NCBI GenBank assembly: GCA_963422205.2
Contig: CAXMWX010000005.1
Location: forward strand, 64,001 to 128,000
Direction: 5' to 3'
Length of the DNA stretch: 64,000 nt
Origin: Gammaproteobacteria bacterium
GTDB lineage: Bacteria; Pseudomonadota; Gammaproteobacteria; Eutrophobiales; Eutrophobiaceae
Position numbers and translations under genes: made by a program. The number at the start of each line of letters is the position of its first letter. Position 1 is the stretch's first letter. This document shows, piece after piece, positions 1 through 10,384 of the stretch. Under the pieces are notes generated by a model. That model was not told where the DNA came from. It did not search any database and worked only from the letters and a program-made list of their open reading frames with translations.

Positions 1-170
1 CGCGGTTGCCTTGCAGATGCCAAGGCTGGCCATCGGGCCGGCGATTACCGCCAGCATGATTGGTGAGGATGGATTTGTCAGTGCATTATTACCGGGCTTG
101 TTGCCGATCGTCCCATTATTGAAAAAGCAAAAAGCTATTACGTCTACATGCCTTGTCTTAACGCCAGCTC

Positions 171-1406
171 TCATTCAGAACGTAACTTTAATAACCAGTC
201 ATCAACACGGCCGCTGGCGGCCAGCCATTCAACCCATGACCGCCAGAGATGCCCGCGCAACTCGGTTGCCGCATTCTGTATAGCCAGCATCTGCTCAAGC
301 TGTCGCAAATAGTCGGTGGTGCTGATATCGCCGGCCTGCCAGAGTTGTTGCAATGCCGCCTGCTGCTCATGCAGGGCCGAGGCGCCGGTTGCCGCCCACT
401 CACGCCAGGTCTGCTCTGCCAGCCGATAACGCGCCAGGCTGGTGACCAGACGTGCATGGGCCTGCTGATATTTGTCTTTTGCCTGTAATTCAAGCTCAAG
501 CAATTCGGCGTATGCTGCATCCACCTCCGCACGATAGGTATTACGTATCAGCATCGGCATTGACACACTGACACCCGCCAGCAGATCAGCGCCCTCCCGG
601 CCAAGCCGAACGCCGATAGTGGGATCCGGTTTTCCCGCAAGGCGATGCACTCTGACTTGCTCATGTGCACTGGCAATGCGGGCGAGCGCCATCCTGGTGG
701 CGGGTAACTGATGGATGAGCTGCTCACTGTCCACTGCGGCTATTACGGCAGCCGGCGGCAGTTGCGGCAGGCGGATGGCGGCAAATGCGTTTTCATTGAC
801 AAGAGCAAGCAACACCTGCCGTGCATCGAGCAAAGCAAACTGGCTATCGGCATGGCTTAACTGTGCCTCGGCCAGTGCCAGCCTGGCCAGCTTCAGGGAG
901 CTGTGATCCAGATCGCCTGCTGCCTGACGTTTGCCCGCCAGGGCAGCAGAGCGCCGCAGCAGTCTCTCGCTTTCAACAGCAGAGGCAACAAGCTCTCTGG
1001 CAATATCATGGTTGATCATCGCGGTGAGTAACGTGATTGCCATATCCTGGCGTACTTTATGTAACTGTGCGGCGGCCAGCTCAACCGCCTGTGAGGCCAG
1101 CCTGCCGCCTGCGGTACGTTTATCATGCCAATCAAGCTGCTGACTGATCCCGACAGATGCCGTGGTATCCATCGCCTGTTGCAGATCAATCGCCACTTCG
1201 GGATTATGCAGGGGTTGCTGTTTGGCACGTTCATTGGCACTGGCCGCCTCCAGCGCTGCCCGGGCTGATAACACACCAGCATTCGCATCCACTGTCCTAA
1301 GGATGAATGCGGCGAGTCTTGTAGCTGCCGCCGAGGAGTCGGCAGCTGCATTGACCGGCAGGAAAGCAAACAGGCACAGGACAAGGGGTAAGCTGCTGTC
1401 AGGCAT
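171..1406 (-). CDS. TolC/CzcC-family outer membrane efflux protein
   Basis: 411-aa ORF with a signal peptide and long Ala/Leu/Gln helices. Carries OEP-type motifs (NPEV, 'GVSVSMPM..RN', 'AGDISTTDYL'). Confidence 0.85.
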   Translation of the reverse strand: MPDSSLPLVLCLFAFLPVNAAADSSAAATRLAAFILRTVDANAGVLSARAALEAASANERAKQQPLHNPEVAIDLQQAMDTTASVGISQQLDWHDKRTAGGRLASQAVELAAAQLHKVRQDMAITLLTAMINHDIARELVASAVESERLLRRSAALAGKRQAAGDLDHSSLKLARLALAEAQLSHADSQFALLDARQVLLALVNENAFAAIRLPQLPPAAVIAAVDSEQLIHQLPATRMALARIASAHEQVRVHRLAGKPDPTIGVRLGREGADLLAGVSVSMPMLIRNTYRAEVDAAYAELLELELQAKDKYQQAHARLVTSLARYRLAEQTWREWAATGASALHEQQAALQQLWQAGDISTTDYLRQLEQMLAIQNAATELRGHLWRSWVEWLAASGRVDDWLLKLRSE

Positions 1407-1552
1407 GAGATAACCATAATGCAGCCCACAGCGTTAAGCAAATGTATCCCGCCTGACCGACAGGCTGGCCACAGATCAGAGCATACGATCACACAGCATA
1501 AACCAGCCGCAAGACCTGCCATGCTCGAAACAGCGGCGGCCGGGCAGTATCC

Positions 1553-2299
1553 TCAGCCACTGTGGGCCAGCATGTCATAACCCGCCAATGCTTTAGTGCC
1601 AGGGAACCGGTATGTTTGTTTACTATGACTTAACCCTGTTTTGACAAGGCCATCCGCCAGGTGAACCGTTAAAGGCATGGGATCGATAACCGGCACATCC
1701 AGATCGGCTTCCAGAAGACCGCATCGCATTTCTGCGGCACAACCTAGAAAGCCTGTACAACCGAGTATTATCCCATCTGCCTTATCTTCCTTGACGGATT
1801 CGATGGCTTGCTCTGTTAAAGCCGCAGTCAACTTCGCTATATCGTGGTTTATATCCAGTACCGGCACATTCACGGACTTGAATGAAACATACTTGTCCTT
1901 GATGCCATATTTAGAGGCCATATCGTCGATCATCGGCCTTAACCTGTCCAGTACCGTGATAAACCCAAAACTGTGTGCGAGCAGACTCGCCATGTACATG
2001 GAAGTTTGACAGGGCCCCAGAACAGGGATGGACACGGCTTCCCGGCAGGCATTCAGACCCGGATCACCCATGCAGTCTATCACGATGGCATGAGCGCCAT
2101 TTTTCTCAGCTTCAATGGCTTTCTTTATGGTATCGGGAATACTGAGTGCCTCATCAAATGCCGACTCAATAGAAGCAGGGCCTTGATCTAGCAGTGCATG
2201 GGTAAAAACAAGATCAGCACGTTCCAGTTCTTTTATATCATGTAACTGCCTTATCCCTTTTGTGATGATGGGTGTAATAACATGAATTGTCGTCCGCAT
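1553..2299 (-). CDS. Asp/Glu/hydantoin racemase family protein
   Basis: Two catalytic Cys motifs, IDCMGDPG and ILGCTG, plus 'GPASIES' and 'VPVIDP'. Start moved to ATG 2299 (GGGGAAG upstream), which removes the overlap with the TonB receptor. Confidence 0.88.
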   Translation of the reverse strand: MRTTIHVITPIITKGIRQLHDIKELERADLVFTHALLDQGPASIESAFDEALSIPDTIKKAIEAEKNGAHAIVIDCMGDPGLNACREAVSIPVLGPCQTSMYMASLLAHSFGFITVLDRLRPMIDDMASKYGIKDKYVSFKSVNVPVLDINHDIAKLTAALTEQAIESVKEDKADGIILGCTGFLGCAAEMRCGLLEADLDVPVIDPMPLTVHLADGLVKTGLSHSKQTYRFPGTKALAGYDMLAHSG

Positions 2300-2336
2300 A
2301 AATCTTCCCCGTTTTATTTCTTTAAAATGCGGGCAA

Positions 2337-4487
2337 TCAGAAGCGATATTCCAGATCAGCGCCATAGGTGCGACCGCGTGCCAGAAAGCCCAGGTCGCCG
2401 CCCATGGTACCGGCGAAGGTGGCGGCGTTGTAATCCTGCCAGTACAACTCATCAAAGATGTTCTTCGCCCACAGCGTCAGGGTCCAGTTTTCACCGGCCA
2501 GCGCCGCCCGGCCATTGAGCAGGCCGAAATCGTCCATGGGGTTCAGATTGTCCGAATGCCAGTATTTTTTCCCGCGATGCTCGTAGTCAATACGCAGGCT
2601 GCCTTCAAAGCCACCCGCCAGCGGCAATCGGTATTCCGTGCCGATGTTAATACTGTACTGCTGGTTCTTGGGTGTGCGCCGGCCCACATCCTGTGGCCGC
2701 AAGGTGAACCTTTTGATCTGGGAATCGGTGATGCCCAATGCGCCGAACAAAGTCCAGTGCTCGTCCAGCAGAGCCTGAAAATTCAGCTCGACGCCGAGCA
2801 TATCGACCTTGTCGATGTTTTCGATGACCTGTGCGCCGGAGGCGACATCGACGCGGAAATACTGGAAATTGTCGCTTTTGGCGTAGAAGGCCGCAGCATT
2901 GACGATCAGCCGCCGAGAAAACCAGCTGCTCTTGAAACCGAGCTCAAAATTATCCAGGGTCTCTTCCCTGAATTGTCCGCTCATTTGGATGTTCGGCCCG
3001 TTAAAGCCGCCGGAGCGAAAGCCGCGGCTATAGCTGGCATAGCTGAGCAGCGCATCACGCCAGCGCTTGCTCAACACAAGGCGCGGTTGCAGGTCGGCGA
3101 AGCTCTTTTGGGGCGGGCTGGTAGCCGGGCTGATGCCGGTATGATCGCGCTTGTTATAGTCATAGCGCAGGCCCAGGGTCAGCTCCAGATCATCGGTCAG
3201 ATCATATTCCGCCTGGCCGAACAGCGCCCAGGCCGTGTTGTCATTGCTCTCCCTGATATTGAGAAAGGCAGGGGGAATAAAATCCGCCCTGGAATACACC
3301 GGCGCGGTGCCGGGCGCCTCTACTGAGGCAAGCGTGGTCAGCTTGCGCCTGGTGTCCAGATAGTAGAACCCGGCGATCCAGCGCAACCGCTGATCGTCCG
3401 GCGAAGTCCAGCGCAGTTCATGGCTCATCAACGCCACATCCAGCAGCTGTTGCTGGCCAACACCCAAAAAACCCACCAGGCTGCTTAAACCATTGGTGGT
3501 ATTGTTGGTAAAATCCAGATCAGCAAAATAGTTCTCTTCAAGATCACTGATCCCCAGAATGTATGTCAGATCTCCCCGCCCGCTGTTCCAGTTGATCTTC
3601 ACCGTGCCCTCAATGAATTGCTTTTTATCGGTCTCGCCCAGCACATTGGTATAGGGCCGGTTGAAGGTGTTGCTGGAGGGGTTGGCACCGCTCTGCGGCA
3701 GGTTGGGATTGGGGATGAAGGTATCACTGCAACAGCCGCCATCGGCATCCGAGAAGGCCAGGCGGCCATCCACGCTCAGCGTATCACTCACCTGCCACAG
3801 CAGGCGGCCACGAATATCGCGGCTGGTGAAAAAGTCCACCTCATCGTTTAAGAACCGGTTTTCAGTCACGCCATTAAAATCCTTGAAGGCGCCGGATAAG
3901 CGAAACAGCAGCGTATCTTCCACCAGGGCGCCACTGGCGGCAGCCGAGACCTTTCTCAGCCCGCCGTTGCCGACCCCGCCCTTAATTTTTCCTTCAAGAT
4001 CGTTGCCCGGCCGCTTGCTGACAATGTTGATCGCACCACCAATGGCGTTACGTCCGTAAAGCGAGCCTTGCGGGCCTTTCAATACTTCAATACGTTCGAT
4101 GTCAAACAATTCCTGCTTGAGTTGCTTCTGATTGTTCTGCGGTACACCATCAACGACTATCGCCACGGGTGAATCGGCATTGTTGATCTGCGCCACACCG
4201 CGCACCTGCACAAAGGTATTGCCCAGCGTGAAGGAATCATCCATCGTCATGTTGGGCGTTAAGTTGATGAAGTCCTGTGTGCTTTCGATACCGGCACGCA
4301 CAATATCCTCTGTCGTGAAGGCAGTGACCGATACCGGCACATCCTGTAGCCGCTGCTCCCGGTATTGTGCGGTGACGACAACCTCTTCCAGCACCGCCTG
4401 GGCGGGTAGGGGTGCGGGCATTGACAGGCTGATCAGCAGTAATAACAACGTACTGCTTTTATTGATATGGGTATAGACAGATAACAT
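2337..4487 (-). CDS. TonB-dependent outer membrane receptor
   Basis: TonB box LEEVVVTA, plug motif IERIEVLKGPQGSLYGRNAIGG, C-terminal YRF. Start ATG 4487 follows a GGAGGG RBS. Confidence 0.95.
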   Translation of the reverse strand: MLSVYTHINKSSTLLLLLISLSMPAPLPAQAVLEEVVVTAQYREQRLQDVPVSVTAFTTEDIVRAGIESTQDFINLTPNMTMDDSFTLGNTFVQVRGVAQINNADSPVAIVVDGVPQNNQKQLKQELFDIERIEVLKGPQGSLYGRNAIGGAINIVSKRPGNDLEGKIKGGVGNGGLRKVSAAASGALVEDTLLFRLSGAFKDFNGVTENRFLNDEVDFFTSRDIRGRLLWQVSDTLSVDGRLAFSDADGGCCSDTFIPNPNLPQSGANPSSNTFNRPYTNVLGETDKKQFIEGTVKINWNSGRGDLTYILGISDLEENYFADLDFTNNTTNGLSSLVGFLGVGQQQLLDVALMSHELRWTSPDDQRLRWIAGFYYLDTRRKLTTLASVEAPGTAPVYSRADFIPPAFLNIRESNDNTAWALFGQAEYDLTDDLELTLGLRYDYNKRDHTGISPATSPPQKSFADLQPRLVLSKRWRDALLSYASYSRGFRSGGFNGPNIQMSGQFREETLDNFELGFKSSWFSRRLIVNAAAFYAKSDNFQYFRVDVASGAQVIENIDKVDMLGVELNFQALLDEHWTLFGALGITDSQIKRFTLRPQDVGRRTPKNQQYSINIGTEYRLPLAGGFEGSLRIDYEHRGKKYWHSDNLNPMDDFGLLNGRAALAGENWTLTLWAKNIFDELYWQDYNAATFAGTMGGDLGFLARGRTYGADLEYRF

Positions 4488-4536
4488 ATTTCCCTCCATG
4501 AATGCGTTTGCATTCAGTTTGTTTTGTAACCACTGT

Positions 4537-5661
4537 TCAACGTTTATGAATCTCTGCAAGCGATACAAAATCCTCATCAATGCCAAACGCCCTCGGCCCG
4601 AATACGGCAAGCGCCTCCGGCGTTCTCATGATGGGTGCGGCACTGGTGCCGATAACCTGCACCCGTTGTCCATAGGCCAGGCTCTCGGTGGTGATCGTCT
4701 GGCCAGTCTCATGATCAACCACGGTGATCAGATCAGGCACAACAGCCACTGTATTGCCGTTCAGCCTGGCGATCAGATGTTCATTCTGAAATTCGATATG
4801 GCAGTTATCTTGACTGCCATCGCTGGCCATGAGGTGGCAATGCCCAATGACAAAGCCGCGGCGTGTCTCTCGCCGGACATCAATAATCTTGCCGTCAAAC
4901 AACACCTCGCAGGTGTTGTAGTATGGCGTGGTGTGCAGAAATGTCTGCACCGCCTGCACCGGCCTGCCCTGTGTCCGTCCCTCTGCCAGTGCCCTGCCGA
5001 CCCCCAGGGCAATCTTTAAGGTGCCGGAGACGCCGTATTGCTTGACCTGCCTGCCGGTGAGCGGATAGCAGGAGACGATGACACTGAGACCCATCTCAAT
5101 GGCACAGGAGCGCATGATACTTTCAGCACGCCTGGCATCAGCGGTCTCAACAATGACGGTTTGCAGGTGTTCATCAACAATGACGGCCGGTGTCGCTGAC
5201 ACGCCATAGACGTTATACGTGGTCATCTGAATCTCAGGAAATGCCCGGCCCATGCCATCACTGTTTACTATGGGCAAACCCAACCTGGCAGCAGCAACGA
5301 TCGGGATCATTGAATTCATCCCGCCAATTTCAATCGGTGAAATGGCAACCGGTTGCTTGCCGGTATGTGCCGCCAGCGTATTGACCGCCAGATCGATATC
5401 CTCACCGGACGCCGCCTTCTCCATCAACACCGTTGGCGCACCGAACATGGCCGAGGTAAAAACGGGTTCATCATCGGCAAGAGCCTCCGGTTCAATGATC
5501 TCCGGCATACCAAATTCCTCGATGGCATGTCGGGCCAATAACATGCCGATGTAGGGATCACCGCCGCCACCAGCACCCAGAAACGCCGCCCCCTGCGCCA
5601 GGTTCTCCAGATCGTCTATACCCAAACGCACCCTCATCATTGCTGCCTGTGTTGCACTCAT
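4537..5661 (-). CDS. DUF917 domain protein
   Basis: Motifs GAAFLGAGGGGDP, EIGGMNS, DGMGRAFPEIQM, FQNEHL and VPDLI are typical of DUF917. Overlaps the upstream hydantoinase gene by 4 nt. Confidence 0.9.
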   Translation of the reverse strand: MSATQAAMMRVRLGIDDLENLAQGAAFLGAGGGGDPYIGMLLARHAIEEFGMPEIIEPEALADDEPVFTSAMFGAPTVLMEKAASGEDIDLAVNTLAAHTGKQPVAISPIEIGGMNSMIPIVAAARLGLPIVNSDGMGRAFPEIQMTTYNVYGVSATPAVIVDEHLQTVIVETADARRAESIMRSCAIEMGLSVIVSCYPLTGRQVKQYGVSGTLKIALGVGRALAEGRTQGRPVQAVQTFLHTTPYYNTCEVLFDGKIIDVRRETRRGFVIGHCHLMASDGSQDNCHIEFQNEHLIARLNGNTVAVVPDLITVVDHETGQTITTESLAYGQRVQVIGTSAAPIMRTPEALAVFGPRAFGIDEDFVSLAEIHKR

Positions 5662-7202
5662 GGGAGCATCAACTGCCCTGCTGCCCTGACTTTCAAACGC
5701 ACCGAGTTGCCGGGCATATACTGCAACGGTAATTCTTCAAAATCGATGATCTCAACGGTATCCGGTCTCGCCCCGGCAGCGATGGCCATCTGCCTGGCCT
5801 CTTGCCTGGCACGTTCGATCACTTTATTGCGTCCGTGTGTATCGTAGGAGAGAACCTTATCCACCTTGCCGCCAACCTGGGCAATGCAGGCACCGATGGC
5901 ATTCGCCACACCCGCATCATCAGGCACGATAACTTTTGAGACGCCGGGGATTGCATCTCGCAGCAGCACAGCACCGCCACCCACCAGCACCAGCGGAACC
6001 GGCTCGGCGCTGGTCTTCATTCTATCCACGCCTGCATTGACAAGCACATACATGGCCTGCACTGCCAAACCGACAAGGCGACTGTCAAGCCCGGCCAGGC
6101 GCTTCGCATCACCTATATCGGCATAACCGGCGGCAACAGCAATATCACTTGCGGTCAACACATCGCCGCCGAACACCCGGGCTTTTTCCGTCAGTTGATA
6201 ACCGACAGACTGCGGCCCCACTGTCACTGTGCCGTTATCTTTCACCAGGCTGCCGCCGCCCAACCCCAGGGCCAGCACATCGGGCATACGAAAATTGGTA
6301 CGCACACCGCCGATGTCAACCGCCACCGAAGATTCACGTGGAAAGCCATTGCACAGCATACCGATGTCTGTTGTGGTACCGCCAACATCCACCACCAGAG
6401 TATCTTTTAAGCCGGATAAATACGCCGCACCACGCATGCTGTTCGTTGGCCCGGAGGCAAATGTCAGCACCGGATGCTGTTCGACAAAATCCGCCGTCAT
6501 CAGCGTGCCGTCATTCTGACTGATATAAAACGGGGCCTTGATGTGCAACTCTCTTAACGCACAACGAAACGAATTGACAACCTTGCTGGCAAGACTCGCC
6601 AGGCTGGCATTCATGATGGCGGCGTTTTCCCGCTCCAGTAATCCCAAGCGGCCGATGCTCGAAGACAATGTGATCGCGGCATCTGGAATATGCGCCAGCA
6701 CAATGTCGCGGGCGCATGCTTCCATCTCTGCATTCAACGGTGAAAACATACAACTGATCGCGATGGCCTTTATGCCGTTGGCCTTCATCTCCCTGGCAGC
6801 GGCGAGCGTGGCCTTCTCGTCAAATTCAGATATCAGCCTGCCGTCATACTCATACCCGCCTTTGACCAGATAATGGTGATCGCCAATGATGGCAGCAATA
6901 TCCTCTGGCCAGTCAATCATCGGTGGCAGACCACGGCTGGCTGGCAGGGCGAGCCGGATGACGGCAACCTTGAGCAGACCTTTGCGCTCAACAAAGGCAT
7001 TGGTGAAGTGAGTCGTGCCCACCATCACGGCTTGAATCTTTTCCGCCGCAAGCTGTGAGTGGCTGATGATGCTGTTGACGGCATTTATAATGCCATCGCT
7101 GATATTAGTGGTGGTCGGGGTTTTATGACTGGCGAGCACGAGACTGCCGTCCATCAGCACGGCATCGGTATTGGTTCCGCCGACATCAATGCCTATTCTC
7201 AT
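5658..7202 (-). CDS. Hydantoinase/oxoprolinase (HyuA-like) family protein
   Basis: MRIGIDVGGTNTDAV, GTTHFTNA, SGPTNSMRGA, DVGGTTTDIG and ANAIGA motifs. Confidence 0.92.
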   Translation of the reverse strand: MRIGIDVGGTNTDAVLMDGSLVLASHKTPTTTNISDGIINAVNSIISHSQLAAEKIQAVMVGTTHFTNAFVERKGLLKVAVIRLALPASRGLPPMIDWPEDIAAIIGDHHYLVKGGYEYDGRLISEFDEKATLAAAREMKANGIKAIAISCMFSPLNAEMEACARDIVLAHIPDAAITLSSSIGRLGLLERENAAIMNASLASLASKVVNSFRCALRELHIKAPFYISQNDGTLMTADFVEQHPVLTFASGPTNSMRGAAYLSGLKDTLVVDVGGTTTDIGMLCNGFPRESSVAVDIGGVRTNFRMPDVLALGLGGGSLVKDNGTVTVGPQSVGYQLTEKARVFGGDVLTASDIAVAAGYADIGDAKRLAGLDSRLVGLAVQAMYVLVNAGVDRMKTSAEPVPLVLVGGGAVLLRDAIPGVSKVIVPDDAGVANAIGACIAQVGGKVDKVLSYDTHGRNKVIERARQEARQMAIAAGARPDTVEIIDFEELPLQYMPGNSVRLKVRAAGQLMLP

Positions 7203-7327
7203 CTCACCAGCACGTATAGCCTCATATCAAGGCATACACTAGCGACAGCGGATGCGCCTGGTAAAGATGAGATATGTGTAGTTCGGCAGAAAAAAGAAGT
7301 AGCGGTAATAATGCGTTGTTTTGCTGC

Positions 7328-7347
7328 AACTACTAACAGCAGTAGTT
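7328..7347. promoter_or_regulatory. Inverted repeat AACTACT-N6-AGTAGTT, candidate operator of the hydantoinase operon
   Basis: Perfect 7-bp arms about 130 bp upstream of the hydantoinase start, directly downstream of the regulator gene. Function is inferred. Confidence 0.4.
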
Positions 7348-7374
7348 CGCTTTTATATCAGTCACATAAGCGGT

Positions 7375-10098
7375 TTATACGATCCTCATCTCATGCGCCT
7401 GGCGGATAGCCTGGGTTCGGTTTTCCACGCCCATTTTTTGGTAGATACTCTTCAGGTGATAGCGCACACCATGTGCAGTCAGCCCGATCTGTCTGGCGAT
7501 CAACTTATCTGGATACCCCTTGGACAGGACCGATAATATCTGCACCTCCCGGGCAGAAAAACCGGTTGAGCAGGCAGTTGGAGGCGGCCCTGGCGGCTGA
7601 TAGTTAATCAACTGCTGGACTGTATCAACCGCTTGCTGAGTAAAATTCTGTGCCTGCATGTGGCCTTGCACGGGTGCCAACAGCACCTGTATATGCCGGT
7701 ATTCGTTCAAAAACGGGCGCAGATAACGCGCTTGACTGGCCTGCTGAACAGCTGCGGCCAGGCAGGTCACGGCGGCGGCCTGCTCTTGCCGATCCCGGTG
7801 GTTCAATGCCGTCTGTATTGCTACATTGATCATTAAACGCCGATTGTCCGTTCGGCTGGCAATATTATATGCCCTCTGTAGCCATGTCTCGGCATGAAGG
7901 TCTGCGCCAGTTAGACGGCTTAGGCGAACCAGGGCGAGCAGCACTGCCTCCACCTCACGCCAGGTTTTATCGGCAAAGATGGCACCATCATCCATGCCGG
8001 CAAACAGCACCGAGTATTGCTGTGCTATCTTCAATGCCGCATCGCCCTCATCAATAAAATATAAAATCGATACCTGGGCGGCACTTAGAAAAAGCACCAG
8101 CCGATCCAGTGACTGTGCGATTGCACGCTCTCTGGCCTGCTGCATAAAATCCAGGGCGTCATGTGCGCCTTGTTCGAATAACAGATAAAAGATGGCTGTC
8201 TGATAGGCCGTGGTGTAGATCTCAAAATAGGCTTCCATATCACAGATATTCTTGATGACATGCCGGATGTATTTTTTCGTCTTGACTGTATCACCACGCT
8301 CCCAGTAAAACTCGGCCAAAACCGCATTGCCAAGCAGCTTTAAACCGGTATCACCCGGAAAAGCAGAATGGGTCATTTGTGTCGCCTTGTTATAGTGAAT
8401 AAGCGCGGTGTCGGTCTCAAGGCGTGCCAGTGCTGCCATGCCGAAATAGAAATAAATATACAGCTCGCCATATAAAGAATTAAGACCCAGGTATCGTGCT
8501 ATCGCCTCAGCACCGTATTCCAGGCAATCATCAAACTCCCCATACTGCAACGAGGTTAAACATTGCAGTGTCTTGATATAGCCCAGCAACAACGGATCGT
8601 TGCCTGCATGCTGTAACACAAAACTGAATGCCTCATCAGCAATAATGCGATTCGCCGGTACGCACCCATACTCGGCGATCACCATCTTGATAACAGCACC
8701 TTCGATTTGTAACAACGTGTTATCCCCACCCGGGCGATCTGAGGTAAACGCCTTGCTGGCAACCCTGGCGCGGGCAAACGCCTGCCGGGAGTCAACGATC
8801 CTGCCGGTCTTGGCAAACAGCAGACTCCGGGCGAGCTGAATGCGTGGATAGCCTTTGAGTTCGTACCCATCAAGCAGCTTCAGGCCGCTTGTCAGGCGTG
8901 ACATACCCTCTCTGATCCAGAGCATTGCCCCGCCCATCTGCTCCAGGATGGCAGCCGCATAATCGCCATCGTTCGCTGCCAGCGCATAACGCATGGCATC
9001 AAGCCCGCGCTCATGGGTGAGCATCCATGCCGCCGCTTTTTTATTTAACACGGCATACTCATCGGCGGCGGCTTCTATCAACTCCTGGCGCAAATACTCT
9101 CGCACCAGAGGATGCAGCCGATAGGCTTCCTGGGTGTCTTTCAGCGTATATTCCAGGGGCGAGAATATACCGCCGAGATGCTGCAGGCCCTGGATAACAC
9201 TGCCAGCGTCATGACTGCCACGTATGTGATCAGCACAGGCGACAGTCACCACATCCAGAATTGATGTCTGCCTCAGAAAAGACTGCTGCACAACGGATAA
9301 ATGGGCAAACAACTGCTCGCGAAAATACCCGGCTATGAGCCTGCTGCTGACAGATACGGTATGTGCATCGCCCAGGGGCCTGGCGGTCCTGGTGCCAAAG
9401 GTACGAATCAGTTGTAATGCCACCGGCCAGCCATCGGTTTTTTCCATGATGTTATCAATCTCCCGTGCCGCCAGTGTGTTGGCAAAAAAATCACGCACTT
9501 CCGCCTGGCTGAACATCAACTGCTGCGGGCCGATGGTCAACACGTTGCCGGCAACCGCAACACCGGATAATGCAAGTCCGGGGTTTTGTCTACAGGCAAA
9601 AACTAATTGCAGATTGCCCGGCTGCAAATGTAACAAGCGGTTTATGTCCGGCAGGACATCGGCGGGCGTGTTTTCAAAATCATCCAGAATCAGCACACAG
9701 CGGCTCTGGCTGTTCTCAATAAAACCCAGCAGCCTGCCCAATGAATAAGCAAAATCACTGGAAGAGAAAGCAGGCGCCGCCAGCAGCCCGGTTTGTGTCG
9801 CATCAAGGCCGCTATGATGGAAGGCAAACGCCATGTACGGCAGCAGAATATCCGACTGATCGGTCGGCTCGATCGACAGCCAGGCGACATGAATACCACT
9901 TTCCCTGATCTGCTCTCGCCACTGTGAGAGCAGCAGCGTCTTGCCGAACCCGGCCGGTGCTTCCAGCAGAATCACCGGCGTGTCCTGATGTACCCTCAGC
10001 AGTTCAATAAGGGCTTCACGGCGATTGACATTGATCGATATCCTGGGCGGGGAGACCTTGGAGTTGATCAACCAGGGTGCAATGAATGTATTCATCAT
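7375..10098 (-). CDS. MalT-like large ATP-binding LuxR-family (STAND) transcriptional regulator
   Basis: Walker A APAGFGKT, Walker B LILDDF, 'TDGWPVALQL', 'YRLHPLVREYL', and a C-terminal LuxR HTH (FSAREVQIL...HLKSIYQKMGVENRTQAI). Start uncertain (10098 or 10131). Confidence 0.92.
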   Translation of the reverse strand: MMNTFIAPWLINSKVSPPRISINVNRREALIELLRVHQDTPVILLEAPAGFGKTLLLSQWREQIRESGIHVAWLSIEPTDQSDILLPYMAFAFHHSGLDATQTGLLAAPAFSSSDFAYSLGRLLGFIENSQSRCVLILDDFENTPADVLPDINRLLHLQPGNLQLVFACRQNPGLALSGVAVAGNVLTIGPQQLMFSQAEVRDFFANTLAAREIDNIMEKTDGWPVALQLIRTFGTRTARPLGDAHTVSVSSRLIAGYFREQLFAHLSVVQQSFLRQTSILDVVTVACADHIRGSHDAGSVIQGLQHLGGIFSPLEYTLKDTQEAYRLHPLVREYLRQELIEAAADEYAVLNKKAAAWMLTHERGLDAMRYALAANDGDYAAAILEQMGGAMLWIREGMSRLTSGLKLLDGYELKGYPRIQLARSLLFAKTGRIVDSRQAFARARVASKAFTSDRPGGDNTLLQIEGAVIKMVIAEYGCVPANRIIADEAFSFVLQHAGNDPLLLGYIKTLQCLTSLQYGEFDDCLEYGAEAIARYLGLNSLYGELYIYFYFGMAALARLETDTALIHYNKATQMTHSAFPGDTGLKLLGNAVLAEFYWERGDTVKTKKYIRHVIKNICDMEAYFEIYTTAYQTAIFYLLFEQGAHDALDFMQQARERAIAQSLDRLVLFLSAAQVSILYFIDEGDAALKIAQQYSVLFAGMDDGAIFADKTWREVEAVLLALVRLSRLTGADLHAETWLQRAYNIASRTDNRRLMINVAIQTALNHRDRQEQAAAVTCLAAAVQQASQARYLRPFLNEYRHIQVLLAPVQGHMQAQNFTQQAVDTVQQLINYQPPGPPPTACSTGFSAREVQILSVLSKGYPDKLIARQIGLTAHGVRYHLKSIYQKMGVENRTQAIRQAHEMRIV

Positions 10099-10384
10099 GA
10101 TTCTGCCAGGCAAAAGTGTATACCAAACCATGGCAAGCTGACCATCCTGCCCGCGGCAAGACAGAAAGACTCAGCGTGAACTTAAAAGACAGTCAACCCG
10201 ATCATACCGGATTTTAACGATGTGCAAGCTATCGATTGGGAGTTGCGGACAGGATAACCAGGGGCTTCGCCGGAGCAAATTGAAAAGACGCATCCACAGG
10301 CAGGCAATGACTTGAATTAATCGGGCAACATGAAAAATCGCCGTGGCTTTTATTCGGCATTGACAGGCAAATCAACCACACCGG

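Noticed and set aside
1-174. Possible next efflux gene starting at an ATG overlapping the TolC-family stop (minus strand)
   Set aside because: The frame is open to the window edge, but 58 codons show no recognisable motif.
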